Virus record (IMG/VR): IMGVR_UViG_3300005918_000018
DNA from: a virus
Taxonomy: Duplodnaviria; Heunggongvirae; Uroviricota; Caudoviricetes
Direction: 5' to 3' (one strand)
DNA length: 39,139 nt
The position numbers and the translations under genes were made by a program. Every line of letters starts with the position of its first letter. The stretch's first letter is position 1. A model generated the notes under the pieces. The model did no database searches. It saw only the letters and a list, made by a program, of their open reading frames with translations, and had not been told where the DNA came from. Shown one piece after another: positions 17,524-24,619 of the stretch.

Positions 17524-18728
17524 TAGCTAATCCATGTCATAATGGTTACGTAGTTGTCAGCATTCTCACCAGACTCATCTCCGAACTTATCATTCGAGAA
17601 CCTGATATATCCGCCTTTTTTCTTGACGTTGATACCGATTCTAATATCATCACCGTTGGCCAAACCAATCATATCTTCCAACCGGTCTCTGGTAACCATG
17701 AATCCTTCAGGAGGCATGGTCGGATAAGGGTCTTTACCCTCACCTGGTTCTGTAATCCCTGAGTCAATAACATCCAACTCAACAATACCGGGAATTTTAG
17801 AGACAGAGCTCCGCATAGACATCACAACAGGACCGTCAATCTCAGGTCTGTTAAGAATCAAACGAAGTTCTTCTTTACTTTCTGCAGCCGATAGTAAATG
17901 CCTTATCCCACGTTTCACAGCACTGGCATTGATAACCCACCATAGCTGATCGGTTTTATTGGGGTGGTTGAACTTAGGGAACTCATGCAGAGGTCTGGAT
18001 TCCACAAAGTATTGATCTTTGAAACGGAAAAAGATTGTCCGAGGATGTTCCAAAACTTCAACATCGTCAGCTCCATTTTTTTCAAGGAATGTAGTAATCC
18101 CATTGATATCCCGAACATGGACACGAAGAGTGGCTTCACCCCACAAAGGGCTATAAATCAAGGAAGCACCTTTTCTATCAGATGATGCCAAAACACCATC
18201 ACGGGCTTCACAAAGACAATACTCAGGTGCAACTGATTCATCAGATGATGCAAACAAATGAGAATGTTTCAAGGCAGCAGCCAAACGAGCTGCTGGGAAA
18301 GTAGCTGTAACCGTAGCTTCGGCCAACATCTCGTCCCAGTAGTGCCAGTTCTTCGGGTCAAGAGACATCCACTCCGAAGGCTTATGTTTTTCAAAACCCT
18401 CAGCTGTTGCTGTAACGATTTTTGTTTCCTGATCGTAGGAGAAACATAACGGACTGTCATCTTTGGAAGACAACCACATTTCCAAACGCCAGCCTTCTAT
18501 AGTAAGAGCAAACTGATCATCGTCAGAGTTTGATTCAACAGCAGCTACAAACTGACTACGTGCAGCCATTCGACCAGAGTGTGTCAAGACTTCTATCTTG
18601 TCCATACTGCCATCTAAAGGACGACGGAACAAGTAATGACAACTCAGGTCACTACCTGTACTGGCTTTAGCAGGAGATACGACCTCCAAGGCAGCTTTGA
18701 GATCTGATTTAGCAACAAGGAATTTCAT
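17523..18728 (-). CDS. dnaN: DNA polymerase III beta sliding clamp (divergent)
   Basis: MKFLVAKSDLKAALEVV start, FPAARLAAALK...FASSD...L, ASSDRK, FPKF; 401 aa fits a three-domain clamp. Confidence 0.75.
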   Translation of the reverse strand: MKFLVAKSDLKAALEVVSPAKASTGSDLSCHYLFRRPLDGSMDKIEVLTHSGRMAARSQFVAAVESNSDDDQFALTIEGWRLEMWLSSKDDSPLCFSYDQETKIVTATAEGFEKHKPSEWMSLDPKNWHYWDEMLAEATVTATFPAARLAAALKHSHLFASSDESVAPEYCLCEARDGVLASSDRKGASLIYSPLWGEATLRVHVRDINGITTFLEKNGADDVEVLEHPRTIFFRFKDQYFVESRPLHEFPKFNHPNKTDQLWWVINASAVKRGIRHLLSAAESKEELRLILNRPEIDGPVVMSMRSSVSKIPGIVELDVIDSGITEPGEGKDPYPTMPPEGFMVTRDRLEDMIGLANGDDIRIGINVKKKGGYIRFSNDKFGDESGENADNYVTIMTWIS

Positions 18729-18731
18729 ATT

Positions 18732-19004
18732 TTAGTCCTCCAGGAAAGGTGTTATAGCTTCTTCAGCTTTGGTTACACGTTCATTTAAACTGGTAGTCTC
18801 CTCGTCAAATTTAGTTTCCAATTTGACAATAGTTGATTCCAGTTCTGCGGGTTTAATATTTTTCTTTTTACAATCAGCTTCAACTGATTCTAAATCCTGT
18901 CTGGCACTATCCAAACGGCCTTGGACTCTTGATGCTTTGGTTTGCAAATCATCACGACGTTGAATGAGATTATCAAGGACTTTTCGTTTTTCAATATCTG
19001 ACAT
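18732..19004 (-). CDS. Small coiled-coil protein (90 aa)
   Basis: Continuous heptad pattern with a central KNIKPAEL break; GGAGG RBS. Confidence 0.65.
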   Translation of the reverse strand: MSDIEKRKVLDNLIQRRDDLQTKASRVQGRLDSARQDLESVEADCKKKNIKPAELESTIVKLETKFDEETTSLNERVTKAEEAITPFLED

Positions 19005-19027
19005 AAATTACCTCCAACTTCTTTACC

Positions 19028-20011
19028 CTATTTCTTCGGTGTGTCATTAAAATTTAATTTCATAACACCTTCTGCACCATCCAGCTGCTCTGTAGCACCA
19101 CCCTTTATAGGTTTTCGTTTTCTTTTACTGGCCTGACGTTCTTTACATACTGTTTCGTAATCACAGAAACGACAAGTCTTATAGGTCGGAGTTGCTGCAA
19201 ACTTTTCAAGGTTCATTCCTTCACGGGCATCTACAGCACGTTTAGCCAAACCCTTCATATCATCCTCGGTGTAAGTCACCCAGTCAACACCTGGCTCGAT
19301 TTCACCGGTATCATTCCCATCAACATCAAGAACAGGGTCTCCATACGGGAATCTGTAATAACAGAAACCCAGACGATCAACTTTCGAGTGATACGCAAGG
19401 TAATAACAGAGGGCATACCATCTAAGCTGGTCAGGGTCTGTGTAAGTCATCAGACCACCTTTACCATCCTTGTACCGGCCACTGTTTTTACCATCAATGA
19501 TGGTTGTTCCTGTGTCGTCACGACGGAAGATAAGGTCAGCTCGGCCTCCTATAGGAGTTAACTCGTCAACGTAAGCTACCAGATCAACCTCAGCCCTTGC
19601 ATAAGGACCTAGAAACAGGTTCTTTTTCAGGGTTCTCATGTATCCCATCACCCCATCTGTAACAAGTTTCTGCATAGTTTTCTCATTAAGATCACCGGTC
19701 ACACGCCAGTCAATGTACCGTCTGGCACACTCAAGCTTGAATGAGTCTACAGACAATTCTTTAAGACGATCCCGAAGCTGGTTAGGAGTCAGAAGATTCC
19801 ATAACTCATCATTGTAGAATCTTTCTATGACTTCTTGAATAGCAGTACCCATCACGGCATGATGTTCAGAGCGTTTGTAAGGTTTAGGTTTCTTCTTACC
19901 GAGACCACCTCCACAATCAATAGTCCCCCAACCACGGTTCCATAGGAACGATTGAGGACACTTCTCATACCTGTCGAGGCTTGACCAATACAGTATAAAC
20001 GGTTTTGACAT
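19028..20011 (-). CDS. PD-(D/E)XK nuclease of the Cas4/AddB/RecB type, probably Fe-S binding
   Basis: WSSLDRYEKCP, GTAIQEVIE, IGGRADLIF...TIIDGKNSG, QLRWYAL, and C-terminal CRFCDYETVC, giving the 1+3 Cys arrangement. Confidence 0.85.
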   Translation of the reverse strand: MSKPFILYWSSLDRYEKCPQSFLWNRGWGTIDCGGGLGKKKPKPYKRSEHHAVMGTAIQEVIERFYNDELWNLLTPNQLRDRLKELSVDSFKLECARRYIDWRVTGDLNEKTMQKLVTDGVMGYMRTLKKNLFLGPYARAEVDLVAYVDELTPIGGRADLIFRRDDTGTTIIDGKNSGRYKDGKGGLMTYTDPDQLRWYALCYYLAYHSKVDRLGFCYYRFPYGDPVLDVDGNDTGEIEPGVDWVTYTEDDMKGLAKRAVDAREGMNLEKFAATPTYKTCRFCDYETVCKERQASKRKRKPIKGGATEQLDGAEGVMKLNFNDTPKK

Positions 20012-20096
20012 AAATTACTCCTTAAAAATAATTCTCTGACCAATATCTTACCCCTAAAAGGTAGAATTGGCAGAGAAATATCAACGGAGCAACTCA

Positions 20097-20531
20097 TTAT
20101 TTTGATTTAGCTTTACATGGGAGAGGGAGTCGGTAACGAGGACCCTCTCCAATAGAACCTTCCCACCAACACCAATAGTTACAGGTATCACCGTCCTTAT
20201 CAAAGTCAATGGAATCAAGTTCACAAACTCCTTGGTAATAAACATCGTCTATAGCTATGATCTGATTGGTTTTATCCAACAAAACCGAAGCTATATGGTT
20301 ATTGGTTATCTGGTTTCGTTCGATGTCTTTCTGAAGACTGTAATTTTCCCAGTACAGGTTTAAAGAATACAACCCACAACATACACAGAAAATAAACATT
20401 AGCAATAAACATAATGGTGCAACACCATGCCAATCAAAAAAATCATAAATGCCTGTAAGTTTTTCTTTCAAACCTTCATTATCATCGTCGTCTTCACCAG
20501 CTTTATATTTATCTTTTCCACCACACATCAC
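20097..20531 (-). CDS. Hypothetical membrane protein
   Basis: One hydrophobic segment (GVAPLCLLLMFIFCVCCGLYSL). Confidence 0.5.
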   Translation of the reverse strand: MMCGGKDKYKAGEDDDDNEGLKEKLTGIYDFFDWHGVAPLCLLLMFIFCVCCGLYSLNLYWENYSLQKDIERNQITNNHIASVLLDKTNQIIAIDDVYYQGVCELDSIDFDKDGDTCNYWCWWEGSIGEGPRYRLPLPCKAKSK

Positions 20532-20538
20532 TTACCTC

Positions 20539-21492
20539 CTATTCCCATCCAAAGAAATCTTTTGCCCATTGAAATTGAAACCCACAACGGGCTGCAAAAG
20601 TTTGATCCACTTTCATATCACCCACCATTATGCACTGAGCCGGATCAAGTTTATATTTCTCAATGAAATACACCCCCATTCCAGGTTGAGGCTTTCTAAA
20701 ATGAGTCGAAGGAGCTCCGGCAGCATCAGCTGCAAACAGAAACTTAATGTCTGCATTCAGTTGCTTATTGGTCTCCAAGAAACATGCAGTTGCCGTCGGC
20801 TGAGACACATATCGTTCATGACCAGGTTTCTTAGAACAACCTGACTGATTAGAAGCACCCAACAAAAGATAACCTTTGCTAACATAATCTTTCAAAACTC
20901 GTTCACAATTAGGAAGAGCTTTGACATCCGAGGGGTCTTTCGGATAAATATCCCCAGAGATTGTTTCACGGAGAGTGCCGTCATAATCCAAAATAAGAGC
21001 TTTGTTCTTATATTCAGAACCCAAATCAACGGTGACAGGGATATCCTCAACGGTTGTGAATCCTTCAGCTTCTGTAGCCTTCTCTACACGTTTCCAGTAA
21101 GCAAACTGAGCTGCCGGTGGGAATATGTTAGGATCACCCTTGTGGTCTTTATAGTCCTGTTTACGGAACAGTTTGCCGTACCGTTGAATCTGCCGACGAG
21201 CAGAGAAAAACTGAGCTTGTTCAGCTGTGGTCATCAACCATTTCATATGAATTGGGATACCTCTAGCCTGAGCAATAGCAATAATAGAGGCTCTGGATTC
21301 GATTGTGGGGTAGGTATTATCCAGAACGATACTTTCACCACTATCGAGAATTGGGATAGTAGCCTGATGCAACATTTTAATAGTACCACCGTGGTCATCA
21401 CGGTTCATTCTGATATGGCTTGGGTACTGATTGACAATGGTTGTCTTCCCGCCTCCAGGCGGTCCTGCTATTAGAACGATATTTTGTCTCAT
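20539..21492 (-). CDS. Polynucleotide 5'-kinase/3'-phosphatase-like protein (P-loop kinase plus HAD phosphatase)
   Basis: GPPGGGKTT, VLDNTYP; HAD motifs DYDGT, SNQSG, RKPQPGM, VGDMKVD. Confidence 0.85.
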   Translation of the reverse strand: MRQNIVLIAGPPGGGKTTIVNQYPSHIRMNRDDHGGTIKMLHQATIPILDSGESIVLDNTYPTIESRASIIAIAQARGIPIHMKWLMTTAEQAQFFSARRQIQRYGKLFRKQDYKDHKGDPNIFPPAAQFAYWKRVEKATEAEGFTTVEDIPVTVDLGSEYKNKALILDYDGTLRETISGDIYPKDPSDVKALPNCERVLKDYVSKGYLLLGASNQSGCSKKPGHERYVSQPTATACFLETNKQLNADIKFLFAADAAGAPSTHFRKPQPGMGVYFIEKYKLDPAQCIMVGDMKVDQTFAARCGFQFQWAKDFFGWE

Positions 21493-21494
21493 TA

Positions 21495-21665
21495 TTATAC
21501 CTCTCCATCTAAAATCTTTTGCAAATCACGAATAATGTCATCTATTGCAGAAATACGGCCAGCTTTATATTGGGCGTGTCCTTCATAGATTGGCTTCTTT
21601 TCATCTTTCATTGCCTGCAGATCCCTTTTCAGGATTTTGATATACTCAGTTAGGTTTTGTTTCAT
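21495..21665 (-). CDS. Small hypothetical protein (56 aa); not in the supplied ORF track
   Basis: MKQNLTEYIKILKRDLQAMKDEKKPIYEGHAQYKAGRISAIDDIIRDLQKILDGEV, with GGAGG RBS; fills the gap exactly. Confidence 0.7.
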   Translation of the reverse strand: MKQNLTEYIKILKRDLQAMKDEKKPIYEGHAQYKAGRISAIDDIIRDLQKILDGEV

Positions 21666-21862
21666 GCACACCTCCTACACCAATCTTCTTTAGTCGGCAC
21701 TTCTTTTTGATTATAAGTTTCTGCACAATTAGGACAACAAGCTACCTGATCCGATTCAGATCTATTAGGAAGGTTTGTCCACATTGGGGTAGGCTCGTCA
21801 CAGAAACAACATGTTTCCAACTCAAGCCCAGACCCTTCAGGTTCTTGAATAATAGGTATCAT
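21662..21862 (-). CDS. Small Zn-finger protein
   Basis: CCFC...CCPNC; AGGAGG RBS. Confidence 0.6.
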   Translation of the reverse strand: MIPIIQEPEGSGLELETCCFCDEPTPMWTNLPNRSESDQVACCPNCAETYNQKEVPTKEDWCRRCA

Positions 21863-21915
21863 ATTTCAGTTCCTCCTATTACAACAACCCACAAGAAATC
21901 AAAACTAAGCCAAAG

Positions 21916-22377
21916 TTATTCAACTTGTCGGACAACAATAGGGATATTGAAAGAATCACACATAAGATTCCCACACTTGGCAATATCCTCTTCTTTATCA
22001 ATGGTCATAAGTTTACCACATACTTTACAAAGAAGTTTTCCAGTAGGATAAGCCGTAGGGCAACTGGGGTGTGGGTAGTTGGGGTGTGGGTAGCGGGTTG
22101 ATTTTGCTGCAAGTTTTGTGTGATACTCATCCATATGGTCTTGTTCTAACTCATCCCATTTTTCAGGAGGAATCCCAGGAGCCCTGTAAATACCGTCATC
22201 TTTATATAATTGAATCTGCCCTGGGTCAATAGACATTTTATCCATAATCTCCATCATACACTCTGAACAAATATAACCATCTTTTTGGACACGCCAAAAT
22301 ACAACATCCCCGTGAATTTCACAGATGGATTTCATACTAGAATCCAAAATCTCACCATATCCTTTCCACCCAGGCAT
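21916..22377 (-). CDS. Protein with two Zn-ribbon motifs
   Basis: CEIH...CSEC and CKVC...CGNLMC, separated by a PHPNYPHP repeat. Confidence 0.6.
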   Translation of the reverse strand: MPGWKGYGEILDSSMKSICEIHGDVVFWRVQKDGYICSECMMEIMDKMSIDPGQIQLYKDDGIYRAPGIPPEKWDELEQDHMDEYHTKLAAKSTRYPHPNYPHPSCPTAYPTGKLLCKVCGKLMTIDKEEDIAKCGNLMCDSFNIPIVVRQVE

Positions 22378-22384
22378 AATATCC

Positions 22385-22915
22385 TCAACTCAAATGATGA
22401 CGGGTCTTCTTCCGTCGTTTAGTTTTCTTCTTATATACCCGCTTTTTCTTCGGAGGCCCCGTAGGTATCTCAATTCCGTGCCTCTCCAACCAAGATAACT
22501 CCAGAGTCCATTTGTGAATAGAACGCTCCATCCATTTTACTTGGGCTTCTCCAACTATCAAACAGGCTTGTTTCGAGGTACATTCATTAACTTGCATCAG
22601 GTGTTTGAGGGCTTGGTTTGCTCGACCTTTAATCTGAGTATGACCAAAATGAACGACTTCATGACAATGTTTACATAAACCTATCAAACCCACCAAGGTT
22701 TGAATATGAGTTTGGTCATCATAATGCCATTGTTCATGACACTCTAAATCATAAAAATATCCTTGGTTTCGACTAGTCTCCCCACAAACCTCACAAACAT
22801 TCTTTGCTAAACGGTACTGCTCTTTTCTAAGAATATCCCAATCTCTTCTCTTTAACACAGACCGTAAATTCACACCCCATGCTGTTTTAGGAACCAATTC
22901 AATATTTAACTTCAT
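22385..22915 (-). CDS. HNH endonuclease-family protein
   Basis: CEVCG...ECHE...LCKHCHEVVH; start at 22915 after GGAGG; Lys/Arg-rich tail. Confidence 0.8.
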   Translation of the reverse strand: MKLNIELVPKTAWGVNLRSVLKRRDWDILRKEQYRLAKNVCEVCGETSRNQGYFYDLECHEQWHYDDQTHIQTLVGLIGLCKHCHEVVHFGHTQIKGRANQALKHLMQVNECTSKQACLIVGEAQVKWMERSIHKWTLELSWLERHGIEIPTGPPKKKRVYKKKTKRRKKTRHHLS

Positions 22916-22926
22916 ATCAACCTCCC

Positions 22927-22960
22927 TAAACAATATACCCATAAAATAAACAATACACCC
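22927..22960. repeat. Imperfect 14-bp direct repeat with 20-nt period
   Basis: TAAACAATATACCC (22927-22940) and TAAACAATACACCC (22947-22960). Confidence 0.75.
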
Positions 22961-22978
22961 ACCCTATAAATAAAATTG

Positions 22979-23007
22979 TTGACTTTGTGACCACCTTGCA
23001 TTAAGAT
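22979..23007 (+). promoter_or_regulatory. Sigma70-type promoter driving the inverted HNH gene
   Basis: TTGACT, 17 nt spacer, TAAGAT, then AGGAGG RBS and ATG at 23028. Confidence 0.75.
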
Positions 23008-23027
23008 ATTTATTCAGGAGGTGTTTT

Positions 23028-23624
23028 ATGATAACTTGTCCCAAATGTGGAAAAACAAAACAAGACTCAGAATTTTCTTTACATTGGAAAACTCCATCAA
23101 AGCAATGTAAAGAATGTATTAAAAAGAAAAATAGAGACTGGTACTTCAAAAAACAACAAAAAAAAGATCCTAAACTTGCATCCCGGATACTTAACCATCA
23201 ACACAAATTAGCAAAACGAGGGAAAACCCCAGAAAACACTCAATGGTGTGGATACTGTAAATCATTCCAACCCTTAGATCAATTCTCAAAAAGTGGTCTA
23301 AAAAATCATGGTTGGTGTAGAAAATGTGCAACTAAAGATGGGTCAATAAGAGCAATGAAACTAAAAAAGAAAGCTATAAAACTATTAGGTGGTAAATGTA
23401 GCAGGTGTGGTTACGAAGGTCATTGGGCAAGTTATGACTTCCACCACCTAAATCCCCAAGAAAAAGAAATGGGTTGGGGTGGTGGAGGTTTAAGAAAACA
23501 ATCTTGGAGTAAAATCATACAAGAACTTAAAAAGTGTGTCTTACTCTGTGGGTGTTGCCATGCAATTGTTCACTGTCAGTTTGACAATGAGGGAAACCCT
23601 AATCCTGAATATATAAAATCATAA
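23028..23624 (+). mobile_element. Free-standing HNH homing endonuclease with N-terminal Zn fingers, inverted relative to the operon
   Basis: CPKC..CKEC, CGYC..CRKC, then LGGKCSRCG..DFHH..LCGCCHAIVH; the only credible plus-strand gene; AT-rich with its own promoter. Confidence 0.88.
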
Positions 23625-23633
23625 AATGTTTTT

Positions 23634-24608
23634 TCATTTGGCAGCCTGTTCTAAATAATACAGAGCCTTTTCTCTTACCTCATCGGCTACATTAGGCAAA
23701 TCTCTGATATGATCCATCAAAGAGTCTCCTTCTCTCGTAACCAAGGTAGTTTTAAGGCTATCAACAAACGCATCCATACTTAATTCTCTGGACTCAGCTT
23801 GAATTTTCTTTTCGATATTAAAAACATCAGCAGCATCAGCCACTTTTAATGGGATAGGTATGATTTTAATTTCGTCTTTGGTGAAATTCAACACAGCACA
23901 AGCAGGAGTTCTATTCAGGTCGTCCTGATTCAAAGAACCTCTTGATAGACTTCCGATATTAACAAAATACTTCCCATCTATCTCATCAATGCCTTGGTTC
24001 TTATGCCAGTGTCCGAAACAATACACATCAGCATCAGTGTTCAACAAATCTCTATAACCGACAATATCTTCGTTCTCATACATTGTCCCACCATCATGAC
24101 TGGCTAACACATGAGCTACGACGACAAGATAATCTTCATCACCTTTTTTTATCTGTTGAAACCGTTCCATATCATAAGATGTCCCGTGATAAGGAACACC
24201 TACGACTCGAACAGTGACCCCTTTATTCTTAAATACTGCTTCGTGTTCATCATAAAGACGACGCATACCACCAGTTCCGAACAGAACCCCAAGAGGACTC
24301 TCATCTAAGAACTCCATACTGCCGTATTTAACATCGTGATTACCCACACACCCATAGATTGGACAGGGGTAAGAGGTTTGGACATCGGCCACACGACCGA
24401 CCATCTCATGACTATTTCTTGATGGGGATTTGACATGGAATAAGTCTCCTCCGTCAATAACGGCTTGGGCATCAACCTTCTTGGCTATCTTACCTACCTG
24501 ATCTAACTTATCAAGTAGAGTTGTTGTCCAGTCATCCGTTCGTGATTGGGGAGGCGTATCAGCTAAATGTACGTCTGTTCTCCAAACTAGAGTTACTCCA
24601 CGAGCCAT
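23634..24608 (-). CDS. sbcD: SbcD/Mre11 calcineurin-like metallophosphoesterase nuclease
   Basis: TDVH, GGDLFH, GNHD, HV, FGHWH motifs; adjacent to the SbcC N-half. Confidence 0.92.
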   Translation of the reverse strand: MARGVTLVWRTDVHLADTPPQSRTDDWTTTLLDKLDQVGKIAKKVDAQAVIDGGDLFHVKSPSRNSHEMVGRVADVQTSYPCPIYGCVGNHDVKYGSMEFLDESPLGVLFGTGGMRRLYDEHEAVFKNKGVTVRVVGVPYHGTSYDMERFQQIKKGDEDYLVVVAHVLASHDGGTMYENEDIVGYRDLLNTDADVYCFGHWHKNQGIDEIDGKYFVNIGSLSRGSLNQDDLNRTPACAVLNFTKDEIKIIPIPLKVADAADVFNIEKKIQAESRELSMDAFVDSLKTTLVTREGDSLMDHIRDLPNVADEVREKALYYLEQAAK

Positions 24609-24619
24609 AATAAACTCCC

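Noticed and set aside
19028-20011. Cas4-like nuclease as evidence of a CRISPR system
   Set aside because: No repeat-spacer array or other cas genes were seen; solo Cas4/AddB-like nucleases are common in phage recombination regions.
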